Below, one piece after another: positions 1-18,560 of a DNA stretch of 64,000 nucleotides. This DNA is from Lama guanicoe (Eukaryota). The translations under genes were made by a program, and so were the position numbers. The first letter of the stretch is position 1, and each line of letters begins with the position of its first letter. The notes under the pieces are model-generated. The model was not told the DNA's origin, made no database searches, and saw nothing but the letters and a program-made list of their open reading frames with translations. Location of the stretch: NCBI GenBank assembly GCA_013239625.1, contig MU053933.1, positions 3,153,817-3,217,816 on the forward strand. The letters are read 5' to 3'.

Positions 1-576
1 CGCCCTCCGGGGGGCAGCTCTCACAGCACACCTCTGTCGTCCCGGAAGTCACAGGGGACACCCTGCAGGTGGCCCCCCCCAAGTCACCCTTGGGTAAAGC
101 CGGGGCCTGCAGGGGAGGCAGGCCAGCCAGGCAGCGGTCCAGGCCCGGCCCGGGGCTGCGTCCGGCATGGGGCTGGCAGGACAGAGCGGCCCATGGGCTC
201 CCCTAGATGCGCTTGAGTCTGCGAGTGACAGCATGACGTCGAGGCGCTTGGGGCCCAGCCGGTCCTGCTCTGTGGCTCTCGGACCCTCCCGTAGAGCCCG
301 AGGCCAGGCGGCCTCCGCACAGCCTGGCCACAGGAGAGGGGCTGGTTCAGGCGGGAGCTGCCAGGCAGCCGAGGGGAGGAAGGGACCCGGTGCGCCCACC
401 GCCCGCAGCCCATTGGTCACCCCAGGCCAAGTCCTTGAGCGCTGCTGCGTCCGCCATGTGTCGCATGGCCCCTCCTATCTACCTGTGCAGAGTTCTGTTA
501 CGCGTGTTTGATTTGGTGTGACTTCCACTCGATGACAATAACCTTCTTAGCTCTCGTGTCCCTCCTGCCCCCGCAG

Positions 577-6415
<5,839 letters not shown>

Positions 6416-6988
6416 TCCCGCCGGTCCTCCGCCCGCCCGCTCACGACTCTGTACAGACTGCCCCTCCTTGCAAATATAAAGAGGTTTCTTTACTAAGAAG
6501 TATCTCTGCCCTGGAGCTCCACCGGCAGCGCAGGTCCGTCCATCCGTCCGTCTGTGTGCGCTCCGGACCCTGACGCTGCCGCCCGGCTCACCCTCGCCGG
6601 CCCCTCGCGCATCGGCATGCAGTGTAGTGCTTCTCCGTGCTTCGGGGCACTCCCAGCTGTGACGTCTTAGAAACCTTGTTCCTTAGTGTCCGTGTAACTG
6701 TTTTAAAAGTAGGTTTGGCGCTTTGGCGGCCCTTCTGCCGCGTCCCCTCCTCGGCCACCTGGAGCCACAGCTGCTTTGGGTGGCCCTCTCCCTGCCTCCG
6801 CCTGTGCCGACCCGGCTCCCTCCCCTGTGGTCTGCGCTGGGCAGGTGTGCCCTGCCTTTGTTCAGAGGGAAGGAGGAGGGGGTGGGGTCCTGACCCCAGG
6901 TGCAGGGTGGAGTGGGGGTGCCGGCAGCCACTTCCCGGGGCGGAGCGCGGACCGGCCGGGGCGCCTCGGCGGGCGCTGCTCCGAGTTC

Positions 6989-6994
6989 AATAAA
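6989..6994 (+). terminator. PCBP3: Probable PCBP3 polyadenylation signal AATAAA
   Basis: First AATAAA downstream of the stop, ~575 nt into a GC-rich 3' UTR. Confidence 0.75.
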
Positions 6995-8559
6995 TGTGGT
7001 TCGCTGCCCTCACCGGCTCGGCTCCTCTCTGTGCCCCGCGGCCCGCACGTGCCCGCCCGTGGCCCTGAGGCCGGCCTGGGCCGCCAGCTGTCTGAGGGGC
7101 GGCTCTTCCTCCCTCTGCCACCAGTTAACGTCCGATCTGCACGAGTCTTTCTGGTTTTACTTTTACAAACGTACTTGAAGCGACAGGAAGAGGACGCCAG
7201 GCCCAGAGTCCGGCCACCTCCGAGGGCGCAGCCCCGCGCCTCCCAGCGGGAGCCTGTGCACGCCCGGCTCGTCTGTGCTGACCTGGGGGGCCCCACTGCA
7301 CCCTTCTCGACACGGAAGCCCTTGGGGGACCCAGGTCCCGGGGCCAAGGGGCGCCTCTCTGTGTGGGCCCCTCTCAAATCAGATCTGGGGTTCAGGGGAC
7401 TCTCCAGTAGGTAGGTGGGCCTGGGACATGTGGTCGGGCCAGAGCTCCAGCAGTGGGCACTGTCCTCCCTGCGTCACTGAGAGGATAGCCTGGCCCAGAC
7501 CCCGTCACGCATCGGTGGCCCGGGGGTGCTGCCCACAATGCTTGTCTCCTGTGTGCCTGGTGTGGACGCTGCCCCGCTCCCAGACTCCGGCCAGGTGCTC
7601 GTCCTGTGTGCTCAAGCTGCCCAGACACTCCCCCGTCGCCCTCCCAGGAGTTTCCTGGTCAAGGTTGGGTGCCCAGCACAGCAGCGCCCGGCCACACCGC
7701 AAGCCCAGCAGTCTAGAGCTGTGGTTCTCTCATGAACCCACTGGACATGTTGGCTGGATGCTGGCCACTGCTCAGGGCCAGGGAGGTGGCAGGGACGAGG
7801 TGGACACAAGCCTTCCTCTGGGCACCTCCATCAGTGTCAGGGCTGGGCTGGCCAGGAGACGGGATGAGGAAAGCCCTAGAAATTGAGAGTTGTTCTGGGT
7901 AAAGCCAACCACGTGGAGGTTGTGGGGTGCTCAGTATTCAAGGTGGGGCCCCAGAAGCTGCAGGTGGAGGTGGGCCTGATGTGGGGCCCTGGCTGTGCAC
8001 GTCCAGGAAAGGAGGCGGGGGCAGCCGGAGCCAGTGTGGACGGCAGCAGGAGTGCCGGGCAGCCCCTGGGGAGCCCCCTGGAGGTGGCAGTAGTGGAAGG
8101 TGGGACTCAGGCCAGGTGCACTGGGTCCTGGAGGCACTTTGAAGAACGAACAGGATTCCCAACAGATCAGAAATATGCTGTGAAGGAAAGAGGACCCAGG
8201 CCACGTGAATGAAGGCTCCTGGTCTGAGGCTGGAAGGGTGATTTGTCCTCCGTGAGCGCGGAGGCTGCAGGTGGGAGGTTGGGGGCTGTGGACGGGAGCT
8301 CAGTTTGGGACACGAGGACTTGAGACATGCTGCCCCCGCCCCTGTGGAGACGTGCACTCTGAGGTCAGTGAGCGGACCGCAGTCCAGGCGGAAGCAGCAG
8401 GCCAGGAGGGGCGTCCACGCAGGACCCCCCAGGAGCCGGGGAGAGGGCGCCTCAGGCGGGGCCAGGGAGGGGTCCAGGCGAGGTGCTCATGTCACCTGTC
8501 CAGACGACGCCTGGCACCCCGAGGAGCTGCCTCACACTCCACATCCCCAGATGAGCCGG

Positions 8560-11400
8560 CTACGAACACTCGTGCACCAGCCTCTGCTGGAAGGACGCTT
8601 CGGCTCTCAAGTAGACACCAGGAGTGGGCTCGTGTGACAGGAGTATGTTTAACTTCTTAAGAAGCTGCTACGCTGTTTTCTAAGGTGGTCTGACCATTTC
8701 ACGTTCTCTCCACATCGCGGGGAGAGCCCAGTTACCCACATCCTCCGCGGCGTGCAGTGCGCTGTCTTGTCAGTTTCGGGCCCCCTCGTGGCTGGAGTGC
8801 CGTCTCACTGGTTTTAACCCGCGTCTCCCTCATGACCAATGATGTGGAGCGTCTTTCACGTGCTGGTGTGCCACCCACACCTTCTTCGCTGGGTGTTTGT
8901 TCAGATCTTTTCCCCGTTTCTTAATTCGGTTCTCCTCTGATTGGGTTTCAAGGCCCTCTTCGTGGCCAGGACTGAGTCCATCCGATGTGTGATGTCCTTC
9001 TCGTGTATTCCCCTCCAGTCTGTGGCTCGTCTTGTCAGTCTCTCGGTGATGTCTTCTGAAGAACAAAAGTTCTTCCTTTTGATGAAGTCCAAATTATCAG
9101 CTTGTTCTCTTATGGACTGTGCTTTTAGTGTCACATCTAAGACATCTTTGACTACCCCGAAGTCATAAAGATGTTCTCATATGGTTCCTTCAAGAAGTTT
9201 TGTCATTTTGTTTCCATGCTGAATTGCCTTTGCACCTTTATCAAAAATCAGCTCTCCCTGTACGTGGGGCTTTATTTCTGGGCTCTCTGTTCTGTTCATT
9301 GATCTATTTGTCTGTCTTTATGCCAATACCACACTGTTTTGACGACTGTAACCTTATAATGTGCTTTAAAACTAGGAAGTATTTGTTCTCCAACATTGTT
9401 CTTCTTTTTCAAAATTGCTTTGACTATTATAGGTCCTTTTTCATTTCTATATGAATTTTAGAATCAGCTGGTAATTTTCCGCAAAAAAAAAAGTGTGCTA
9501 GATTTGATTGAGATGGTGTGGAATCTGTCTTTTAATTTTCTTAATTTGAAGATAGTTGACAGGTTAACAATATGGAGTCATTTGATCCATGACCAAGGTG
9601 TATCTCTGCATTTATTTCTGTTAAATTTTTCTCAGTAATGTTTCACAGTTTTCAGCATCCAGGTTTACAAGTCTTCTTTCAGACTTACCCTGAAGTAGTT
9701 CATATTTACTGTACAGTTTTAAATGTTTTAACTTTAGTTTGTAAATGTGCACTGCTAGTATATAGAATACAGTGGATTTTTGTGTGCAAATCTTGTTTGT
9801 TACAGTCTGTGCAGTTCACCGCGTTTGTGGATTCGTCTGTTTCTCCTTGCAGGTCTATCCATTTTCGCTTTGTTTTGAAACTCTATTGTTAGGTGCACAA
9901 GCGTTTAGTGTTGTTATGTCTTCCAGCTCAACCTCCTCCTCTGTTATGAAATTACCTTCTTTGTCTCTAGTAGTATCCTTCCCTCTGATACCTACTTTGT
10001 CTGATACAAACATAGCTTCTCTGTATTATTTAGATTAGGGTTAGCACGGCATATTTTTTCCATCCTTCTATTTTAACCTATTTTGTTTCATATTTAAAAT
10101 CTATTTCTTATACATCTGTAACTTTAAATCCAGTCTGATAATCTCTGCCTTCCCATTGGGATATTTGGACCATTTACATTCAGTGTAATTGTTGATATAC
10201 TTAGATTTACAACTGTCATACAGCTCATTGTTTTGTATTTGTCCCATACTCTTTGTTCCCTTTTTCTTCATTTTCTGACTTTCTGAATTCACTTAGTATT
10301 TCATTATCCCATTATGCCTTCTTTGTTGGCTTGTTAGCTGTAACTCTTTATTTTGCCTTGTCACCCAGCGCACCCCCCACCCCCCTCTCCTTCCAGCACC
10401 TCTTATCCCCCTGTGCCATCACCTGGCAGCCCAGGCCCAGAACTGGTTCCAGTCGCAGCCTGGTGTCTGCTCTCCAGCTCTGCCCTCAAGCATTCGCTGC
10501 AGTCCAGGCTGTCCTTGTACCCCCCCCTCGAGGGAGGGTGGCAGGAAGATGAGATGCTGCAGCACGATGAGATCCTGGACTGTTCGCCAGCCCCTGGGGT
10601 CTGGAGGGCAGCCTTTGTGTCTGGAAACAGTGAGTCACCCCTGTCAGGACCTAGCTCTCTGACCTGCCTCCTTCGCAAAGTTTACAAATTATGTTGTTTA
10701 GTTTCTATGTTGAATAAGTCACTTTACGCATTTTACCGTGAGACGTACCACCCATGCATGAAAGCGCATGGAGCCAAACGTGCACTGTGATGAGTGATTG
10801 CTGAGCAGGTACCCTCGTGAGCCCCACCCAGGTCCGCTGATCAGAAGTGACCGGCGCCTGGGCACTTACTGGCTGCCCTCCCTTGGCCTCTAGAGGTAGC
10901 CAAGGCCTTTCTTCAGAGGCAACCTGGGCCTGAGTGCAGCTACCAGCCCCCTCGGGGAGAGCTGCTTTGTGGCCCCATCCCTGCCCAGCTGTAGGGCTTC
11001 CACCAGCCCTCATGGCCGTCCTCCTGCAGATTAAGGCTTTGGCTCCAGGAATGAGCTGGGAGGTGGTCTGGGGTCTCCTTCAGCACTGATGATGTCCCCT
11101 CCCCCAGCCCCCGTGGGGCTGCAGCCCCCAGAGGCTTCACTCTCTTGCTAGCCCACACTCAGCATTCAGCAGTTTGTTAAAACATTTCCAGTCTTATCAT
11201 CTTACCACCGGTTATGGGCTTCAGGTGAGCAATCTCGATCCTACAGGCATCTGTCTGTCTGGATTTGGGGCTAGATGTTTGTCTTGTGGCCTCATTCTCT
11301 GATGGTTCCAAGAGAAGCTATTAATTTGCACTTGTACAGTTTCTCTTGTTCTGATGGGAGTGGTGCTCCGGGCACCCCACGCCTCCAAGCTGAAACCCAG
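8560..11400 (-). mobile_element. Old LINE-1 (L1M-type) remnants: 3' end/ORF2 pieces (~8560-10340) and a 5' terminus (~11040-11400)
   Basis: Minus-strand translations give L1 ORF2-like fragments (LDFIKRKNFCSSEDIT; RATDWRGI). AT-rich L1 3' phrases are present (ttgatctatttgtctgtctttatgccaataccacactgttttg). 11150-11400 resembles, from memory, the reverse of an L1MD-like 5' end. Boundaries approximate. Confidence 0.8.
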
Positions 11401-11599
11401 TCTGCTGGCATTCGGCTTCATCTCCTACCTGGCGGCCTTGCTAGGCTGACTTTGGCTGTTGGTCCCAGTGGCTGTCCTCGCTGACAGTGGCCTCTCCCAT
11501 CCCACCCTTGCTTCACATTCTCTCCCTTCCAGACTTAGCCAGGACATGCGGCAGCAAAGCTCCAGCAGGTTAGGAAAGCTTGCTTCCATCTTCAGTCTG

Positions 11600-12610
11600 C
11601 TCAGTTTGTGACGTTAATAGGTGTTGAAACTGATCACACGTACTTTTCAACTGGTTGAGGTGGTTTTCTCCTTTAGTCTACTCATACGGCAGATTAGAAT
11701 GACTGACTTTTCAATTTTGAAGGTCTTGCATTCACAGATGACGCTTACTTTCTCATGTGTAATTTTTGAAGAACGTACTATTGAATTTTGGCGAGCTGAT
11801 GTTTTATTTGGAATTTACTCATCCATGTTTGTAACTAGTGTGAACCTACTGCTTTGTTTTCTTGTTCTGCGCTCGGCACAGTGGGAATGGCCCTCCCCGC
11901 AGCTGGGCAGTGGCCAGAGCCCTGGCTGCCCTCGGCTGGCTTCAGAATTAAGCTCACACCAGCCTTCCGCCCTTTCCCAGTTCCTGGAGCAGCTCGACAG
12001 TGTGTCCGGAAGCTGGGTGCAGCCTCCCTGTGCGGCCCCGCCATCGGCGCCACGCTCGGGCTTCTGTCTGACGCGACCCCGGAGCTCGGGCCGTCAGAGG
12101 CCAGCCACGCGGAGCCTTCAACCTTCCTTCTCCCTGCAGTTACTTCTCTGTTGTCATGCTCTATGCTCGCTTGTGTCTTCTCCCCTGTTTGCTCAACATT
12201 GCCAGCATCAGTACAGCTTATTGATCGTTTCCAGGTGCTAGCTTCTGACTTGCCCTTCCCGTTATTTTCGTCGCTCGCCGTTTGGCTGACTTCTGTGAGT
12301 GTCGAGTATTCCCTCATGTGTTTATTTGCGCTTGTTTTGTGACACTGCGCTTCCTTCAGTTCCTTGAGTTGCATGATTAGCTCTATTTTTAACTTGCCTC
12401 TTGAGAGACACAGCTGAGACGGCACGTTTTCAGGTGCTGCCTTCCCTGTGTGTGCGAGTTGTGACACGGTATTTTCACTGTCGTTCAGTTCTAAGTATTT
12501 TTTCATTTCCCTCAAGATTTCCGCGTAACCCACGGGTTACTTATTAAAATGATAGCAAATGTCCAAACATATGATGTTCTCTTAGACACCCTTTTAATAC
12601 GGAATTCTAA
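11600..12610 (-). mobile_element. Degraded LINE-1 ORF2 fragment
   Basis: ORF 11835..12533(-) begins EMKKYLELNDSENTVSQLAHTGKAA, a decayed match to the L1 ORF2 motif KKYLELNENENTTYQNLWDAAKAV. Confidence 0.75.
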
Positions 12611-12759
12611 GTGTGTCACATCACAGCAGGAATTCATGATGTCCCTGACGCTGCTCTTGTGGCCCATCCATCTGGCCAGGATGCAGAATTCCAGTTCGCA
12701 GCGTTAAAGGCAAAGGACGCCATCCTCCTCCTTCTGCCGCTGCTGGGGAGACGTCTGGC

Positions 12760-15700
12760 GTGGGGAGGGGCCAAGGTGGTGAAGCAGGGAGACCCTGAGC
12801 TCAGCTCCTCCCCTGGGCACAGCGGCACAACAGCTGTTTACAGAGCAGCTCAGGATGATAAAGACTGGACGACTAGCAGAAAAGCCCTTCCACCACGAAA
12901 GACACAAAGAAGGAGCCACAGCGAGAGAGAAAGCCCCGCCCTGTGGGCCAAGCCCCGCCCCCTGGGAGGGCGCCCCACAGACAGGAGGCCAGAGGGCCGC
13001 GCCCCACAGGGGCTCCCCAGCCCAGGGGTTCTGTGCTGCGAAGACGAGCCCCCAGAATGTCTGGCTTTGAAGGCCAGCGGGACTTACTGTCAGGAGAGCC
13101 AGAGGGCAGTGGGAAACAGACTCCACTTTTGAAGGACGCTCACAAAATCTCACACCCTCCGGGACCTGGGGGGAGCCTGGGTCAGACCCAGCAGCTGATC
13201 CTAGGGAGTCTCCAGAGAGGCGGGAGGCAGCTGGAGCTCACCTGGGGCCCCAGACCCTGGGGTGGCCGTTTTGGGGAGCTCCTCCCACCACGAGGGCCCG
13301 TTATGGAGTCCTCCCTCCAGCTTGTTAGGGTCAGGACGCAGCCCCACCCACCAGCCTGCCAGCGCCCGTCCTGGGACACGTCCTCCAAGCAGCCAGCGGG
13401 GCAGGGACGCAGCCCTACCCAGCAGCCCACAGCCTCCCCGGTCTCACACTTACCACCGGGGCCCAGGACCCAGCGTGCACACCGGTTTGCGAGCAGCCAG
13501 AGGCCCTGAGAGCAGCTCTGCCCGCCAGTGAGCCAGCGCTGGCCCACGGACACCTGGGCCTGGCCCCCTCAGCAGTGGGCCAGCGCCACCTCCCGGACCA
13601 TGAGGTCCTGTGACCAGAGACCCCAGGAAATAGCCTCACCCACCAGAGCGCAGGCACCAGCACTGGGGTTCCCTGAGCCCCCGGGTCCTAATCCCACCCA
13701 CCAGCAGGCTGACAGCAGTTCCAAGTCAACTAGGACAGCTCAGTCATTCATCCCCACTCACCAGCGAGTCAGCACTAGCTGTGGGACACCCCAGACTCCA
13801 CAGCCAGCGGTGTCAGGAACCGGCCCTGCCAACCAGCAGACTGACACCAGATCCAGGACCCACCCTGGGCCCTGCAGCCAGCAGCCCCATGACCCAGCCC
13901 CACCCCCAGCAGGCAGCAAGCCCCGCACAAGGCAGGGCCTGGCCGCCAGCCAGATGGGGCCAGCCACACCTCCCCCAGCCCTCCCGCAGGAGTCAGCCCA
14001 CCCCCGACAGAGGGGCCCGGGCAGCCCACGCAGGCTACGCTCAGAGCACAAAGCTCTGGGGGCCAGAGGGGAGGCTGCTCCTGGGATGTGCAGGGCGCCT
14101 CTGACAACAGCACCCATTTTAACAGCCCCTGCATCGGTGGGCAGGCCGTCCAGACAGAAGGCCCGTAAGGGAGTGCCAGCCTTAAATGACTCATTAGATC
14201 ACGTGGATGTAACATGTATGTAGAGCTTTCCATCCAAGAGCAGCAGAACACACAGCCTGCCCAAGTGCACAGGGAACGCCTTTGTGGCTGGGCCGCAAAA
14301 CAGCTCTCGGTAATTTTAAGAAAATTGAAATCATATCAAGCGACCTTTCCAACTACAACACTATGAGACTAGAAACCAACTACAAGCAAAAAACTGCAAA
14401 AACCCACAAACATGTAGAGACTTAAAAAATGCTACTAAACATCCAGTGGATCACTGAAGAAATCAGAGAAGAAATAAAAGGAATCCAAACTGAAAAAGAA
14501 GACGTTAAGCTGTCGCTGCTTGCAGGTGACGTGATACGACGCGTAGACAACACCCTGAGTGGAAACGAGCAGACGACCTGAACTGACGTTTATCCAGAGA
14601 GCACATCAGATGCCGACAGGCACGTGAAAAGATGCTCAGCAGGCAGGCGAGATCAAAACCGCAGTGAGGTGTCACCTCACACCTGCTGGATGGCTGTTGC
14701 CAAGTGTCGACGAGCATGCGGAGAAAGGGGAACCTTCGGGCACTGTTGGTGGGAATGCGAACTGCTGCAGCCACTGTGGAAAACGGCGTGGCGGTTTCCC
14801 AAAAAATTGAAAATAGAACCACCATATGACCCAGCAGTTCTGCTTCTGGATTTATCCCAAGGGAAAAACACTAATCAGAAAGATGCATTCACCCCTATTT
14901 TCATGGCAGCGGTGTTCAAACGGTCAAGCTACGGAAGCGACCCAAGGCCCGTCAATAGAGGGACGGGTAAAGAAGCCGCAGCCACGCGTCTGGGTGCACG
15001 CAGCCGTGAAGAAGAGAGCCTTGCCACTCGGCACGGTGCGGAAGGAGCTAGAGCGCATCACGCCAAGGGGCGCGAGTCAGAGGAAGACGGACTGTATGCT
15101 CTCACTCGTGTGTGGAATCTGAAGAAAACAACCACCTTAACAAAACAGAAACAGAATTACAGATACGGAGAACACACAGGTGGTCGCCAGAGAGGAGGGA
15201 GATGGGCGGGGGGATAAACAGTTGAGGGAGATTAAGAGGCAGGAACTTGCAGTTACAAAGTACCTGAGTCCAGGTCAGGAATGTGCAGCGTGAGGAGCAG
15301 TCAGCAGCCATGCAGCATCTTGTGTGGGGACGGACGGGGCCTAGACTTACGTGGTGACCAGTTTGAAATAGGTAGAAACATCGACTCACTATGCTGTGCA
15401 AGAGGAACTAATACAGCGCTGTAGCTCAGTTATTCTTCAAAAACGAACAAACGTAAAGAAGAGGAGGTCAGACTGGCGGTTACAGGGCTGGGGTTGCGGG
15501 TGGGGGCTGGTGAGAGGAGTCAGAAGCTGTGGGCGTTCGGTTACGGGATTCAGTCAGTCCTGGGGACGCGATGTGCACGGTCTATGCGGCTAACCTCGCC
15601 GTGCGCTCCGTGAGAACTGCTGAGAAAACCCTGAGTCCTCGTCACAAGGAGGAGTGTTTTTCTGTCTCTTTAATTTGTATCTGCCTGAGCTGACGGAGGT

Positions 15701-15800
15701 TCACTAAACTCCTGTGGGCTCATTTCGCGATGCGTGGAAGTCCAGTCATCCTGCTGCATGCCGGGAACTCACACTCCGTCACTTCTGTGAACCTGGTTCT
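12760..15800 (+). mobile_element. Internally deleted LINE-1 (L1MA-like): 5' UTR, ORF2 endonuclease piece, ORF2 C-terminus and 3' UTR
   Basis: 5' end gagggggccaaggtgg...gaccctgagctc. The endonuclease-region remnant at ~14100-14480 reads SRQK..ALNDSLDHVD and KKIEIISS. ORF 14624..15217 contains HCWWECELLQPLWKTAWRFPKKLKIEPPYDPAVLLL (L1 ORF2 C-terminal cysteine-rich region). L1 3' UTR continues to ~15800. Confidence 0.88.
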
Positions 15801-17279
15801 TGTCCTTTGGCGAATCTGCTCTCTCTGCTCCGGAATGTCCACGCTTCGCCACGAAGCACCCAGGCGTGACCTCTCTCCCACGTCCTCACCTCCGCGTGGC
15901 CTTGGCGCCTCTGCGCGCCGTCAGCAGCAGGGACCCCGTCTCTCTGTAGTTCTGGGAAATGCGCTTCCGTTGTTTTAGATCCTGCTCCTGTCAGCTTTTC
16001 ATTGTCACTTATCAGAGACAAGTCAGACTGAAAGTGTGTTAATGCACTTACGTTCCTCAGATCACACGTGGCTTCAGAGCAGCCCTGCTCCTTATGAATT
16101 TCCCCAGCTGTGCGGATTTGTGCCGAATGCAACCAGCTGTCTCCAACCCAGGCGGAGGAGCCTCGCACCCTCACAGGACCGGTGAGAGAGCAGGGCTCTT
16201 GGAGGAGGCGGACAGAGTCCTGAGCACAGAGGGAGGGTCCCGGTGCTGGGCTGAGACCCTGTGTCTTCCCAGCTGGTTGGAATGGGCCTGGCAATGCCGC
16301 TGGGTGCAGCAGGGGGCTGAGCCGATGGAGGGACGGAGGGAGGCGGGCCTGAGGCTCTGGCCTTGCTGGTGACCCGGCCAGCAGCCTTGGGGGAACTGCT
16401 GCTCCCGAGGGACGTGGGGAGCCAGCCTGGAGGAGGGAGCTGACCACACCTGGCTCGCCCCCTGGTGTGGCGGCAGGGAGGGGCTCTCCCGGTCACTCTC
16501 TCCCCCAGAACACAGCCTGAGTGGGAGCCACTGGCCACTAGCCCAGCACGGGAAAGGCCTGGGCTGGTCTCAGAGGGGGAGGACCTCTGGTGTCAGGTCG
16601 GCCCTGCTGGCTCAACAGAGATGCCGAAGCCTGGAGCTTGGTTCCATTCCTCACTCATTCATCCAAAGTTCTCCACACCCCTTACCCATGGGCACCCCCC
16701 AACCTAGTGGTCCGAGCTGCCCACCGCATTTCATCTGAGCCCAGCCTGCACGCCACCAGCCAAACTCGACCAAGAACCAGAAAAACATGACACAGATATC
16801 AAGGAAGAGAGTCAGTGAAAGTAAATTTATTTTGCCCCTTGGAGTTTACTCTGGGGGCCAAGAAAACACGTGCCTGGGCTCGGAGAGTCTAGTCAGCCCA
16901 GAGCCCGAGCTGCAGCCGTCTGGGCCCAGACTGTCAGGGTGCAACTCAAATTACTCGCAGTGCGAAGCTCTGGCAACGAGAAGCGCTGGACAAGGGCACA
17001 CAAGCCGTCAAGGAGGGAGCCGGCAGGACGGTAACACTGGTCTCACTTCTGGTTTAAGGACTGAAATTAATCTTAGCTCTGAATGGACTGCATCTAAGGA
17101 TACAGTGAAGGATATGGGCCCAGCTTTCTCTCCTGATGGCCCCCCCAGCGTCCCAGTGTGCTGGTCTGACTCGTCCCCCTGCCCCGAGATGGCGCCTGTG
17201 CACGTGCGAACCCTGGGTGTCCGTCTGTCTCAGCCTCCCGGTGGGGCCTGTGGGCCAGTCTGTTCGCGTCAGTTCACAC

Positions 17280-18560
17280 TGTGCTCCTTTCTGACTTTGT
17301 AGTGTCGTTGACAGAGCTGATACCCATGATTGCTCTTCTCTTTCAAGGATTTTCTCGTGTTTTGTTTGTTTTCCCTACAAACCTTCAAATAAGCTTGCCT
17401 GTTCCAAAATGAAAGCAGTTGGATTTTTATTGGAATTGCACCAAATGTGTAGGTTAGAGAGCTGGCAGCTCCTGCGTGGAGCCCGCCGTTCCAGGAGCGC
17501 GGCTCACTGTCCGCTTGCCCCGATGCTGCTCTTGCGTCTTGTGGTGGCTTTCACGTTTCTCCCCGTCTGGATCTTGCACGCGTCTTGTTACTTTTATTCC
17601 TAGTATTTGTTCATTCCTGCTGCTGCTGAAACGGGGACTTTCCTTCCATTATGTTTTCTTCCTGGTTGCAGCTTACCTGCATGAAAACGACAGGTTCCCG
17701 TCCGTCAGTCCTGTGTCCTGCTGCCCGCCCGACAGTCCCCGTGCACTCCCCGTGCCTCTGGGACAGGCGGCCAGAGTTCAGTCCAGCTCGGGCCCGGTGC
17801 TTGGCCTCCGTGCCTCACTCCCGCATCTGTAGAGTGGTGACAGCACCACACCTGCCTGGAGGAGGCGGGTGGGGGCCAGGTGAACTGCACGTGAAGCGCG
17901 GAGGCCCGTGAGGCGCTGGGCAGCGTGTGAGGGCTGCACCGGGCCCTGTAACACAGCGCGTGGCCAGTGCCCCGGGCGGCGGGCTCTGCCGCCGTGCTCG
18001 CGTGTGCTTCTCTCCCGTTCCCTGATTTCAGTCACTAGGACCACATGCCGGGGGGCCCGTGGTGGCGCCCCTCCCCCGGCTTCACTCTCCCGGAGCCCTC
18101 TCCTGTTTCCCCCGTAACCATGGCGCTGGCCTACGCGCTGAGATAGGTTGTGATTTTTTATATTAAAAAAGTATCCAAGGGGGAGGGCACAGTTCGGTGG
18201 TGGAGCACACGCTTAGCGGGTGCGAGGTCCTGCGTTCAATGCCCAGCACCTCCGTTAAAAATAATAATAAATAAATAAACCTAGTTGCCCGCCTCCAAAA
18301 AATAAAAAAATAATAAAAACACTTTTATAAAGAATGGAATAAAGTTATTCAAATATTTATTTCAAGTGTCCATTTGTTCCTGTTTCATTGCTTTTTTTCT
18401 CTTTAGTCAGTAATAGCTCTTGAATTTTGCTAAATGCTTTTTTAATTTCTCCTGGTTTTTCTCCTTAGATCTATTCATATAATGAATTCTACTAATAAAT
18501 GTCCTCATGATGGACCTTCTCTGTGATAAATCAGTTACTGTGCGCTCTTTCTGACATACA
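17280..18560 (-). mobile_element. Highly degraded LINE-1 remnant interrupted by a SINE
   Basis: L1-like phrases (ggatttttattggaattgcaccaaatgtgtag; ttgaattttgctaaatgcttttt); boundaries uncertain. Confidence 0.55.
18179..18338 (+). mobile_element. Camelid tRNA-derived SINE (vic-1-like)
   Basis: ggggGAGGG-CAGTTCGGTGG (A box), GTTCAATGCCC (B box), cagcacctccgttaaaa, then an aataaataaacctagtt tail. Degenerate target-site duplication aaagtatccaa / aaagttattcaa. Confidence 0.85.

Noticed and set aside
14624..15217. 197-aa ORF with an HCWWEC motif as a host gene
   Set aside because: Frameshifted remnant of the L1 ORF2 C-terminus and 3' UTR.
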